Below are positions 37,281-46,865 of a DNA stretch of 64,000 nt, one piece after another. The translations under genes were made by a program, and so were the position numbers. The stretch comes from a virus (Duplodnaviria; Caudoviricetes): positions 85,845 to 149,844 of IMG/VR virus record IMGVR_UViG_2595698834_000001; one strand, given 5' to 3'. Positions within the stretch are counted from its first letter, which is position 1; every line of letters begins with the position of its first letter. Below the pieces are notes generated by a model. It saw only the letters and a program-made list of their open reading frames with translations. It did no database searches and was not told the origin of the DNA.

Positions 37281-38006
37281 TAAAATAGGACAAAAATTTT
37301 AAAATACCTTGTTTACCTTTAGAATAAGTTATGGTAGACTGACTGTGAGATACTAAGTGTAAAGGAGAGTCAGATATGTATAACAGTAACTCTAAACTAT
37401 ACAGAGTATGGACTACTATGAGACAGAGGTGCAGAGACCAAAAAGCAACAGGGTACAGCAGTTGTGGAGGAAAAGGTATCCAAGTATGCTCAGAATGGCA
37501 ATCTTTCTCTAATTTTGCTGAGTGGTCTTCGAGTAACGGATACTCAGAAGGTAAATCACTCTCTAGGGTTGATCTTAACAAAGACTTCTGTCCTGAGAAC
37601 TGCAACTGGATCAGCAAAGACAAGAGTCTCTCTAAGGCTAGAAAAGCCTTAAGGAGAAAAGAGGACAAGGAGCAGTTAAGGAAAAATTATTTCTACAGAG
37701 GGAAATACAGAACAATTACAGAGTTGTCAGAGATTACTGGTATTAGTTTTTCCATCCTATATGACAGACTATTTAGTCGTGGTATGCAAGTTTCAGAGGC
37801 ACTAACCTTTACGAACTCCGCAACAATGTACTACTATGACGGTAAACTGAAAACACTCAGAGAGTGGGCAGAGGTTACTGGTATCAGCTATAGTGCTCTT
37901 TATACTAGGTTAGTTCGACTTAACTGGGAAGTATCCAAAGCGTTTACAACCCCAGCTAAGGTAAAAAGTAAGAAGAGGTAACTGCCTCTTTTTTTGTCCT
38001 ATTTTA
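37281..38006. repeat. 16-bp perfect inverted repeat TAAAATAGGACAAAAA flanking the HNH-like gene
   Basis: Copies at 37281-37296 (+) and 37991-38006 (-); partial copy at 37225-37236. Confidence 0.7.
37376..37981 (+). CDS. HNH-like homing endonuclease family protein with C-terminal HTH repeats (possibly inactive)
   Basis: LYRVWTTMRQRC...GGKGIQVCSEWQSF...LSRVD...CPENCNW, plus two YxGKxxTxxExxExTGI repeats. Confidence 0.7.
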   Translation: MYNSNSKLYRVWTTMRQRCRDQKATGYSSCGGKGIQVCSEWQSFSNFAEWSSSNGYSEGKSLSRVDLNKDFCPENCNWISKDKSLSKARKALRRKEDKEQLRKNYFYRGKYRTITELSEITGISFSILYDRLFSRGMQVSEALTFTNSATMYYYDGKLKTLREWAEVTGISYSALYTRLVRLNWEVSKAFTTPAKVKSKKR

Positions 38007-38148
38007 TGTATAACTCCATCCCAGATGAAACAAACTAAACGCATCTCGGAATGAAACGCCCTTTTAAACTCATACGAAAATAGGTGTTGACTTTTAATCA
38101 ACATTGCGGTAAGATAGGTTTACAAGCAAACGATGGAGGTTATTAAAC

Positions 38149-38469
38149 ATGGCAACAGTAGCAAACAAACCAGTAAATAAAAATAAAACAAAAGAGGGTG
38201 GCAGCATGAAAACTGTAAAGAGACTTAAAAAAATTAGGATGGATGCAGGATATTCGATTTACACACTTGCAGCAAAATTAGAGGTAGACTCGTCTACGAT
38301 ATCTGTTTGGGAAAACGGTAAACGATTCCCACGTAGGAATGTATTGGAGAAGCTTGAAGATCTATTTAATGTCAGCTACAGAGAACTATTCGAAGACTTA
38401 ACTGAACCAGAAATTAAGGAGATCGAGAAACGAATGACTAGGATGTATAAAACAAGCGAATGGTATTAA
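38149..38469 (+). CDS. XRE-family helix-turn-helix regulator
   Basis: LKKIRMDAGYSIYTLAAKLEVDSSTISVWENGKRFP. Confidence 0.88.
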   Translation: MATVANKPVNKNKTKEGGSMKTVKRLKKIRMDAGYSIYTLAAKLEVDSSTISVWENGKRFPRRNVLEKLEDLFNVSYRELFEDLTEPEIKEIEKRMTRMYKTSEWY

Positions 38470-38496
38470 AAAAGAGACCTTGTGAGGGTCTCTTTT
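38468..38496. terminator. Bidirectional terminator
   Basis: AAAAAAGAGACC...GGTCTCTTTT between convergent genes. Confidence 0.75.
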
Positions 38497-38731
38497 ATTC
38501 GTAGCCTACTACGACTTCGACGATCATTTGAGGATTGATATACTTCATGTCCCCTGTCAGATCAACATTAGGGTACACTTTAAGAAGTTTTGCTGCACTA
38601 CCTGCAATATGATTCCATATAACTGCTTCCGGTTGTTCAGGGATACCAAAAGATTCCCTGATTGTAGGATCTACGTAGTACACTGCGTTGTTTATTAGTT
38701 TAATCTCAATCTTACTAACCTTTTTTGCCAC
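38495..38731 (-). CDS. Hypothetical protein
   Basis: 78 aa in a leftward operon. Confidence 0.6.
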   Translation of the reverse strand: MAKKVSKIEIKLINNAVYYVDPTIRESFGIPEQPEAVIWNHIAGSAAKLLKVYPNVDLTGDMKYINPQMIVEVVVGYE

Positions 38732-38753
38732 TAGTTAAACCGCCCTTCACTCT

Positions 38754-39080
38754 TTATTTTCCGCTAATCATGCTGAAGAGGTATGTAATTAGACCGCCAA
38801 GGAAAGCCATGAGTGCTTTTTCAATCAACTCCCGTTGTTTATCGCTTTTTCGATCTCCTGCACTCTCTAGCAGCTCTAGCTCTCTTTGAAGCTGCTCCAT
38901 CTTGTAGTAAAGGTGGGACTGTTTTTCTTGCTGGATTGCAATGTCTTTATCTAAAGAAAAGACGATGTTTTTGAGCTCGTCAACAACCCCACGTAACTCT
39001 GTAGTGTCTGTGTCTCGGTCTTGTATTTTACCTTCAACATTTCTTAGTCTCTCGATAAGTTCACCATTTTGGTTAGTCAT
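38754..39080 (-). CDS. Coiled-coil protein with C-terminal membrane anchor (XhlA-like)
   Basis: Heptad repeats followed by ALMAFLGGLITYLFSMI. Confidence 0.6.
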   Translation of the reverse strand: MTNQNGELIERLRNVEGKIQDRDTDTTELRGVVDELKNIVFSLDKDIAIQQEKQSHLYYKMEQLQRELELLESAGDRKSDKQRELIEKALMAFLGGLITYLFSMISGK

Positions 39081-39106
39081 TCAAACCCCCACCTTTTTAT
39101 GATATA

Positions 39107-39457
39107 TCAAATGATGCCTTGCCTCCCTATATCCCCTAACTCAGTGTCGTAGGATACATAGAAACTCTCTAAGACTTTCCTGCTCTCCTTCTCTGCTATA
39201 CTGCCGTAGTTTGAGTCTGTATCAATTTTAAAGTAAGCTGAGCCAAACTCTTTCAGATCGAGCTTTACCTCTATGAACTTGTCGTCTGTTGTATTTCTGC
39301 AATACTCGTAGGTGAAGTCAATTAAAACACCAAGGTGAAGTAATCGATGGATTGAGTACATATGAAAAATTGATCTGTCTGTATTAATAAATGCTCCGAC
39401 AAGATCTCTAAACTCAAGTTTTACTGTACTATGATACTTATTCTCGCTAATCTTCAT
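39107..39457 (-). CDS. Hypothetical protein
   Basis: 116 aa coupled ORF. Confidence 0.6.
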   Translation of the reverse strand: MKISENKYHSTVKLEFRDLVGAFINTDRSIFHMYSIHRLLHLGVLIDFTYEYCRNTTDDKFIEVKLDLKEFGSAYFKIDTDSNYGSIAEKESRKVLESFYVSYDTELGDIGRQGII

Positions 39458-39737
39458 GTCGTCTCCTTCCTGCGGTAACTATAACCAGTACCGTAGGGAG
39501 AGCTAAGCTTAACAGTACCGCATTCTTAATTATAATTGAGCTATGCAGAGTCAAGTCAAATAGTATGACATCTGATATAATGGAGATATATGCAACTCCA
39601 ATAAAGAGAGTAGACTTAATGACCGGGCTGTATAAAGAGTACTTAACTCCCTCGAACAGGATAGCCGCAGCGAAGAAGGTTAGGTAGCAGATGTTAATAT
39701 ACAGTAAAACTGTTGTAGTAGCTGCCATAACTAACAT
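39447..39737 (-). CDS. Membrane protein (3 TM; holin candidate)
   Basis: Three hydrophobic segments and a basic C-terminus. Confidence 0.6.
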   Translation of the reverse strand: MLVMAATTTVLLYINICYLTFFAAAILFEGVKYSLYSPVIKSTLFIGVAYISIISDVILFDLTLHSSIIIKNAVLLSLALPTVLVIVTAGRRRHED

Positions 39738-39844
39738 TTTTATCCTCCTCGCCTTGATTCTATTACTAATATAGTACTTCTAAACGTAATTTTTCGTAAT
39801 CCTCTATATTATAACTAAGAAATTACACTACTGGAGGTGCTTGC

Positions 39845-40117
39845 ATGTTAAGTCGTAGACAACTTGTAATCAAGATAGCGCTTGTAATTGTGGCAGAGGC
39901 AATCGCAATGACAGCTACGATTGGATTTTCTCACTATATATACCCTATAAAACACATCATGCCGATTCACATTATCTTCGGTGCTATACTTGCCGTTGTC
40001 ATCGTAGGAACGTATAACAAACGCATTAAGAAACGTAAGAAACGAGTTAAAGAGGAAATTAAAGAACTAGCGAGGGTAGCATTAAAACAGCTTCCCGACG
40101 ACATAGACGATAAATAG
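39845..40117 (+). CDS. Membrane protein (2 TM)
   Basis: Two hydrophobic segments then a KKRKKR stretch; GGAGG RBS. Confidence 0.65.
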   Translation: MLSRRQLVIKIALVIVAEAIAMTATIGFSHYIYPIKHIMPIHIIFGAILAVVIVGTYNKRIKKRKKRVKEEIKELARVALKQLPDDIDDK

Positions 40118-40119
40118 AG

Positions 40120-40644
40120 GTGAGACAAATGCTTAACCCGAAAAAGATTGGAAAATTGTTTCAAGATATAGAAGAGCTTGTCTATGACGAGATAACGTAC
40201 ACAATTATTCCAAAGGCTATGTTTTTTGTTCCTAGTAAACAAACATCAGAAGGGAACAAAGTCAACGATAGGTACCTGAATAATCTTATCGAGGATGTTC
40301 TATTAGTTGTAGAGACATGCGGACAAGAAATGCTTCTTCGCTACTTCGAGTGTAAAGAAAAGAATGCAAGCGAAGACTTGATCATTAAGGATCTTAAAGA
40401 AGAGTATGTCGAAACCATATACAACCAGTTTGTTAGACTGGGCATCACCACTACAGTTGATACAAGTAAAATTTTTGTATACCGATTAATGTTACAGCTC
40501 CCTAGCATCTATCTTGTACACAGTGGAGGAATAGACTTCGATAAAGAATACGACGATTGTATGAAACACTATGAGGAGATGGAAGATTACGTTGAGGACT
40601 TCCTTGACAGAGACGACGAGGAGGGGGAGGTCGATCTTGACTAG
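40120..40644 (+). CDS. Hypothetical protein
   Basis: 174 aa in the terminase operon; start probably ATG 40129. Confidence 0.6.
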   Translation: MRQMLNPKKIGKLFQDIEELVYDEITYTIIPKAMFFVPSKQTSEGNKVNDRYLNNLIEDVLLVVETCGQEMLLRYFECKEKNASEDLIIKDLKEEYVETIYNQFVRLGITTTVDTSKIFVYRLMLQLPSIYLVHSGGIDFDKEYDDCMKHYEEMEDYVEDFLDRDDEEGEVDLD

Positions 40645-40909
40645 GAGAGAACTTGTCGAAAAACGTAGAATTGTATACGGGAACTCAAAAAAGTATAATG
40701 TATTTAACGTTGGAGACAAAAGGGTCCACTCCCCAAGGTTATGTGTAGTATGCTCGAGACCGTTGACGTCACTTGTGCTTACAGAGCAGAGGTATGTGAC
40801 AGCGGTCTCCCACGTGCACGCCCATCTCTCAGGAGGCATTACTATCGACATGTGCGCTAATATTAAATCATGTTCCAGCAGAATTGAAAAACTACGAGAG
40901 GAGAGCTGA
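40637..40909 (+). CDS. Small Cys/His-containing protein
   Basis: TTG start after GGGGAGG; CVVC...HAH...C...C. Confidence 0.6.
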   Translation: MTRRELVEKRRIVYGNSKKYNVFNVGDKRVHSPRLCVVCSRPLTSLVLTEQRYVTAVSHVHAHLSGGITIDMCANIKSCSSRIEKLREES

Positions 40910-40914
40910 CGAAT

Positions 40915-41331
40915 ATGTCTATGGCAGAGAATATAAAGAAACGATTATCACAGAAAAAGGACGGAACTTCCGAGAGCCAAGTTCGTGAGTTAATGAACAC
41001 AGCTACTTCAAAAATGCTTGAACAGTTCTTGCAGCGAGTTACAACAGGTGAGATCCCTATAGACAACGTTGCAGACTTGCAACGTGTATTCTTGTTGTAC
41101 AAAGAGATAAACGGAATTAACGATGCAATGGAAGGAGCAGGCGGACAAGGAACGCTACCGGAGATCAACATGAAGCAAGATAAAGTTATACAAGACGTAA
41201 CTTCTGAAGGTACTGTAACGATTGACGACGAAGGAAACCTCGATGTTAGTGACCTTTCTGTAGAAGAAGCAGCAGAATTAGTACGGCAGATGGACATAGC
41301 CCAGAATGCCGAAAATGAGGGGACGTTCTAA
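40915..41331 (+). CDS. Putative terminase small subunit
   Basis: Coupled directly upstream of terL; GEIPIDNVADLQRVFLLYKEINGI...GTLPE. Confidence 0.65.
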   Translation: MSMAENIKKRLSQKKDGTSESQVRELMNTATSKMLEQFLQRVTTGEIPIDNVADLQRVFLLYKEINGINDAMEGAGGQGTLPEINMKQDKVIQDVTSEGTVTIDDEGNLDVSDLSVEEAAELVRQMDIAQNAENEGTF

Positions 41332-43753
41332 TGAGTATTGTAAACCCAATTGACGGAAAAATGATTCAGAATATTGCGAAACAAACATTCGGAAAGACTA
41401 GTTTAACAAAGGACGAGCTGGCGTATGTACTAACTATGCTTAACCCATCTTCGTACCTCTTGAAGCACCACAAAGTAAAAAACCACCCTATCACATTTCA
41501 CGTAAGCGGGCACGACTCCGTGAGAGCACAAGCGCACAGACCATGGCAGGTTCAGATGGTTAATGATATGCATAAGGATAAAGCAGTCATAAAGTCACGT
41601 CAGCTGGGTTTATCTGAGCTAGGGATAGGTGAAATGATTAACTTTGCAGATTTACATAGCTATGCAGGCGTTAAATGTTTATACACATTCCCGACCAACC
41701 GTTAACATTGGCGGTTACAAAACTCCCTTAATTGACTGGGACCCCCTAACAGGCAAGGCTGAGGGAAATCAGCAGCGAAGCCTCAACCGAGGAACGTTCA
41801 ACGACTAGTAAGACCTTATAACAAGGCATACACTCAAGCGAGTGGAAACAGGGAGCCCCTTACGGGGATGATATAGTCTGATCTACATGGAAACATGTAG
41901 CTGCCAAATGGCGGGCGAAAACTAGCGCACTTCGTCGAACAAAATGCAAATGAAAGACTTCGTTGCAACACGTCTTAACCCTTTACTAGAAACAGGATAC
42001 TACGGAACAATAACGGATAAGCACACAGACTCACTTGAGAAGAAGAAGATAAGAAACAGTTTCCTTATGTTCCGTTCTTCTTCCAAAGGAGGAGCCGTAG
42101 AGGGTGTCGACATCGACTATCTGTCTCTCGATGAGTATGATAGGGTATCAGCTTCAGCAGAGATATCAGCAATGGAGTCTATGACTTCTTCTGTGTTCCA
42201 ATATTTAAGACGTTGGTCAACCCCTACGATAACCTGTGGGGCATTGTAGAGTAATCTACAAATGAAAAACTCTGTTAAACGGGCATAGCTGAATAATCAA
42301 TAAGCTGGTAAGAAAGCCTAAGTCCTGAAAAGGATAGTGGTAATCCCGTGCTAAATCAGACCATAATAGTCTGTAAATGCCTAGAGACTAAACTTTCGGA
42401 TAGCTACCTAAATGGAAGTAGTGAGAACCGGATGAGAGGTTTACAAGCCAATATGTCTATACACCCGACAATCCTAAACTAGGTTACCTAAGTTACTTGT
42501 AAACTGTAAAGCAGAGAACCCTAAACCAAAAGTTAGGGTTGTGATATAGTCCATTCCGACTGTTAAATCAGTGTTAAAGTATAGCGAAAGCTACGGTATA
42601 TTAGACAGTGCCCGATTACGGGATACATGCCTTATACACTCAGTCAGATCAGCATGAGTATGTACATAAGTGTGACAGTTGTGGTCACTATAACCATTTA
42701 GACTACGAGAAAAATATTGAATGCCTAGATGAAAAAGGAGTAGACGTCCTAGCTAAAACAGTTAAAGACGGTTCCTTTAGATTTATTTGTTCGAAGTGCG
42801 GAACCTCACTAGACCGCTGGTATAATGGGTCATGGGTTGCAACATACCCTTCCCGTACAGAGGATGGAGGCGGTACTCGAGGGTACCTAATCACTCAGAT
42901 GAATGCTGTATGGATTAGTGCGGATGAGCTGAAACGTAAAGAGCTTAAAGCGAAATCTAAGCAGCATTTTTATAACTATGTACTTGGACATCCTTACCAA
43001 GACGTTGCTTTAGCTGTTCAAGAAAAGGACATTATGGACAACATTCGACCTTACTTAGAAGGTCCTAAATTTGATAGAGGGCAGTACCGATTTATCTCTG
43101 TAGGCGTAGATTGGGGACAGCACCACTGGATTACGGTAAGAGGATTCAGAGAAGACACGAAACAGATTGACTTAATTAGAGCTTTCTCGGTTGAGAGATC
43201 ACGAGGTGTAGCCAATATCGAGGCTGACTTAGAGAACATCATTAACCAGCTTGTACCCTACAATCCGGATATCATTTGTGCAGACATCGGGGACAATGGA
43301 AACTATGTTGACAAGCTCACAGACTACTTCGGAGCAGGCAAGGTATATGGAGTTAAGGTTAACCCTAATCCACGCTCTACGGGGCAAATAAAACCTGTAT
43401 GGCAGGATACTAGAGGTATGGTAACGGTAGATAAACTCACTCAGAATAAACTACACATCGCAGACATGAAGATGGGCAGACTAGGGTTCTACCGTAAAGA
43501 TCGTGACCTTGAGCTTTACGCTTTGCATTGGCGTAACGTTGTCATTCGAGACGAAGAAGATGAGAAGACTGGTCAAGTATATCAGATCATTACTAACAGA
43601 GGAGACGATCACTACGCACAATCCTCGGTGTATTCGATGGTTGGTATGGAGCATGTGCTTGAACCATACATCGTCGGAACTGAAGAGAATGCGTTTGGTT
43701 TCACTACAGTTACGGCACCACAATCAACAGATATCTATGCAAGAGGGTATTAG
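41331..43753 (+). CDS. terL: Terminase large subunit, spliced join(41331..41702,41947..42225,42605..43753), ~599 aa
   Basis: KSRQLGLSE Walker A, LSLDEYD Walker B, GVDWG and GDDHYA nuclease motifs; splicing restores FPTNR|QMKDF and WSTP|TVPDYG. Confidence 0.93.
41703..41946 (+). ncRNA. Group I intron 1 in terL (244 nt, ORF-less)
   Basis: 5' exon ends in U (AACCGU pairs with IGS GCGGUU); terminal G; core motifs AATTGACTGGGA, AATCAGCAG, TCAACGACTA, GATATAGTCT. Confidence 0.9.
42226..42604 (+). ncRNA. Group I intron 2 in terL (379 nt, ORF-less)
   Basis: CCCU/GGGG P1, CUGU/ACAG P10, AAACGGG/AATCCCGT P4, TAGAGACTA and GATATAGTCC P7, terminal G at 42604. Confidence 0.88.
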
Positions 43754-43874
43754 AGAGGCAAATAGCCTCTCTATTTTGTTATGGAATATGTTACAATATA
43801 GTTAGAGGAGGGTTACAGATGAGTAAAAAAAGTATCATTTATCGCCTGACAGCGTACAAGAGCTCACCGAGCGG

Positions 43875-44675
43875 TTGATAAAAGCAGCTCAGGAACCGGA
43901 CGAGGTTAATGATAGGCTAACAGAAGAATTTGTCAAAAAAGTAACTAAAGTTAAAGATATATACGATGTCATTGACCGTGAAGAGAAACTTAGTAAAACG
44001 TATCAAGGTCTTTTGTCTCTCTACGGATTCGATAGTATGTATGATATGTACCTGTACGCTATGTCGTGCTCACAACTCGAAACAGTAGCAAAGAGGAAAG
44101 ACTATAGCAAGCTTGTCCCGGTTAAACGTAAGATAACTCGCAATGGCAAAGAAACCGAAGTAACGGTGTATGAAGATCCTAATAAAGACAAAAAGGATAC
44201 AGAGGGCTCTGATCTAGCTAGTCGAGGTAATCAAGGTAGGCACGCTAGAGACTACAGAAAGACCATTCATGGTAAAAAGAAAAAGGTAGACCCTCAAAAG
44301 GTTGCCAAATTAAAACAGGTAACCTTGAGTATGCCAAAAGGTAATGAGTTTAGAAGCGAATCTGATTATTTCCTAGAGGTAACAGACGAACAAGGAAACA
44401 CCGTAGGAGTAGTAGGGTACTCGAGTAAAGGTAACTACTTAGTTATGGATTTCTACGTCGCAGACGGAAACTCTTCAGGAATTGCAGCTGTAGGATTCGC
44501 TACACTTATACGTATCGCTATCAGCGAGAACAAGGGAGTGAAGGCAGACAATAATTTAGAAGCTGCCGCATTCTATTCCCGATGTGGACTACAACAAAGA
44601 GGAGAACACTGGGAAGCTACTGCTCAAGAATTAAAAAACTTCTACGGAAACATAGACTCACATGTGGATTTCTAG
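43875..44675 (+). CDS. Conserved virion-associated protein, possible GNAT-like C-terminus
   Basis: KDYSKLVPVKRKITRNGKETEVTVY; C-terminal NNLEAAAFYSRCGL. True start probably ATG 43819 across an A7 run. Confidence 0.6.
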   Translation: MIKAAQEPDEVNDRLTEEFVKKVTKVKDIYDVIDREEKLSKTYQGLLSLYGFDSMYDMYLYAMSCSQLETVAKRKDYSKLVPVKRKITRNGKETEVTVYEDPNKDKKDTEGSDLASRGNQGRHARDYRKTIHGKKKKVDPQKVAKLKQVTLSMPKGNEFRSESDYFLEVTDEQGNTVGVVGYSSKGNYLVMDFYVADGNSSGIAAVGFATLIRIAISENKGVKADNNLEAAAFYSRCGLQQRGEHWEATAQELKNFYGNIDSHVDF

Positions 44676-45351
44676 GTTTTATGTTATAATAATACTAGTG
44701 GTTACATACACGGTAGTCATACTAGGCGGGCTTTACGCAGCTATTAATAAAGCAAGACGTACCGCCGGAGCCTACAAAGAAGTTCTATTTCAGATGATTA
44801 GTGAAATAAAAGATATTATCAAGGAGGAAGATAAAATGACACACCCACTTACACAGAAGGACACACTTACACAGAAGGAACCATTAACATTAGCTACGCT
44901 AATTCACAAGAAGGCAGTAGACTCAGAGTATGCCGAAGTCGTAGATTTACTTGCCCATCTAGCAAAGACAACATTCGAGAACTATAACTTCCTTATTCAA
45001 AAATCACCAGATGAGACAAAAGAAGCTCACTTTATGCAGCTTAGAAGTGCTTTCCATGAGTCTCCTCAAGTACATAAGCACATTTTTGAAAAGTCGATTG
45101 ACTACGGTATCGACTACGATGTTCTAGTTCAAAAGTTCAATGATAAACTCCGTACAGGTGAAATTATTTCTTGTGGAGAAGACGTTGTTATTATAACTGA
45201 CGACGGTACAGGAATGCCAGCTTCCGGTGTATCGCAAATTAACAGCGGTATCGAAGGCGGAGAAATCAGTTTCAACGTCTCGTTTGTATCAGCTAAAAAC
45301 TATGAAGCTTGGGCTGAAACAAACATCAAGAAAGATGAAGGCGATGAGTAA
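44662..45351 (+). CDS. Membrane-anchored hypothetical protein
   Basis: N-terminal TM segment. Confidence 0.6.
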   Translation: MWISRFYVIIILVVTYTVVILGGLYAAINKARRTAGAYKEVLFQMISEIKDIIKEEDKMTHPLTQKDTLTQKEPLTLATLIHKKAVDSEYAEVVDLLAHLAKTTFENYNFLIQKSPDETKEAHFMQLRSAFHESPQVHKHIFEKSIDYGIDYDVLVQKFNDKLRTGEIISCGEDVVIITDDGTGMPASGVSQINSGIEGGEISFNVSFVSAKNYEAWAETNIKKDEGDE

Positions 45352-45679
45352 CACTAACCTCCCTCTCACCACAAGTTTTAGAAAGACAATTGAAAAGTTT
45401 AAAAACCATAACTCGGTAGGGCTGATTGGGACGGAACATGTTATTTTCGTTCCCGCTAGTCAGCTACATGCCGATGGAGGTAACAGCGCAGACTCTCCTG
45501 CTTTCATGATGATGCTTGGAACTATCAACAGGAAGAAAGAATGGAACTGCCCGGTAGAGATCGGAAGAACAAGGATTGGTGCCATAGAGGGGTTGGAGAT
45601 TGTCATAAAATTCAGTAAAGAAACAGACTACCATAAAATTGGGGAATATCTCGACGTATTCATTAACGAGAATAGCTGA
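45344..45679 (+). CDS. Hypothetical protein
   Basis: Start re-assigned to the coupled ATG at 45344 (MSNTNLPL). Confidence 0.6.
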   Translation: MSNTNLPLTTSFRKTIEKFKNHNSVGLIGTEHVIFVPASQLHADGGNSADSPAFMMMLGTINRKKEWNCPVEIGRTRIGAIEGLEIVIKFSKETDYHKIGEYLDVFINENS

Positions 45680-45741
45680 GAATGGTCTCGTATCTTCCGC
45701 TATATTAAAAGTGTACAAAAACATTTAATGGAGGTATTAAT

Positions 45742-46677
45742 ATGGTAAGCATCAAAAAAGATCTCGTACCGGCAGGGCTTGCATCACAAGTTACGTATAA
45801 AGACGGTTACAACCCATGTAAGTACATTGTAGTTCACGAAACAGCTAATACAAAAGCAGGGGCAGATGCTCAAGCACACGCAAACTTACAAAAAAACGGC
45901 AACTCTCGAGAAGCTTCTTGGCATTATCAAGTAGATGATAAAGGTGTTATCCAGTCATTCGATGATCGAAAGCAATGTTGGCACGCAGGGTCTAGGGTAT
46001 ACAACCAAAACGCAATCGGTATAGAGCTTTGCGTAAACAGTGGAGGAGACTTCAAAAAGACTGTTGATAACGCCGCTGAGCTTATTAAGATGTTGATGAA
46101 TAAATATGGTATTCCTGTTAAAAACGTTCTCACTCATAAGGAGACTAGTGGAGGGAAAGATTGCCCTCACTTCCTACGTAGCGGTAGTAAAGGCGTGACA
46201 TGGGCACAACTTATCAGCAAAATCAGCTCAACTTCATCGTCAAGCGGAAAAACTCCATCTAAACCAGCTAAGACACCTAGTAAACCAGCTAAGTCTCCAA
46301 GTGGCTCCGGTTCAATTAACTTTAACACTAATAGCATTGTTGACTTCTTAAGCTCTGCAAAACTGGATTCTAGTTTTGCGAATCGTAAAAAGCTTGCAGG
46401 TAAGTATGGAATCTCTAATTATTCAGGCACAGCAGCTCAGAATGAAAGTTTACTGGCTAAACTTAAGAGTGATTTTAAATCTACTTCTAAGCCTGCACCT
46501 AAGCCTGCTTCAAAAGGAGATCAAAAAACGAACAGCATTGTTGACTATTTGGTTTCAATCAAGGCAGACTCCAGCTTTGCTAACCGTAAAAAGCTTGCGG
46601 ACAAATACGGAATCTCTAACTACAGAGGTACCGCTGCCCAAAACAGTACGTTACTAAAGAAGATTAGAGGAAAATAA
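45742..46677 (+). CDS. Endolysin, N-acetylmuramoyl-L-alanine amidase (Amidase_2) with two DUF3597-like cell-wall-binding repeats
   Basis: IVVHETAN, ASWHYQVDD, WHAG, IGIELC, THKE..GKDCP; two SIVD.L...DSSFANRKKLA repeats. Confidence 0.92.
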   Translation: MVSIKKDLVPAGLASQVTYKDGYNPCKYIVVHETANTKAGADAQAHANLQKNGNSREASWHYQVDDKGVIQSFDDRKQCWHAGSRVYNQNAIGIELCVNSGGDFKKTVDNAAELIKMLMNKYGIPVKNVLTHKETSGGKDCPHFLRSGSKGVTWAQLISKISSTSSSSGKTPSKPAKTPSKPAKSPSGSGSINFNTNSIVDFLSSAKLDSSFANRKKLAGKYGISNYSGTAAQNESLLAKLKSDFKSTSKPAPKPASKGDQKTNSIVDYLVSIKADSSFANRKKLADKYGISNYRGTAAQNSTLLKKIRGK

Positions 46678-46681
46678 AATT

Positions 46682-46708
46682 AGGCACGCTTAGGCGTGTC
46701 TTTTTTTT
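46682..46708 (+). terminator. Terminator after endolysin
   Basis: GGCACGC-TTAG-GCGTGTC plus T-run. Confidence 0.75.
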
Positions 46709-46751
46709 ATAGGTTAAATGATAAACAAGCCAAAATAAATAAAAATTTAGA

Positions 46752-46780
46752 TTGACAGGCTGTATCATACAGTGTAAGAT
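46752..46780 (+). promoter_or_regulatory. Sigma-A promoter
   Basis: TTGACA-17nt-TAAGAT. Confidence 0.65.
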
Positions 46781-46865
46781 GAGGTTATCAAATACACTAT
46801 GAAGGGAGTAGCACAAGGAGTATAGAATGGGATTACAACATATATCTTGAGGAGGAGCTACATAT

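Noticed and set aside
37281-38006. IS element
   Set aside because: Inverted repeats are present but there is no DDE/HUH transposase motif and no target-site duplication
41331-43753. terL as a frameshifted pseudogene or three separate genes
   Set aside because: Both gaps carry full group I intron signatures and precise splicing restores the frame
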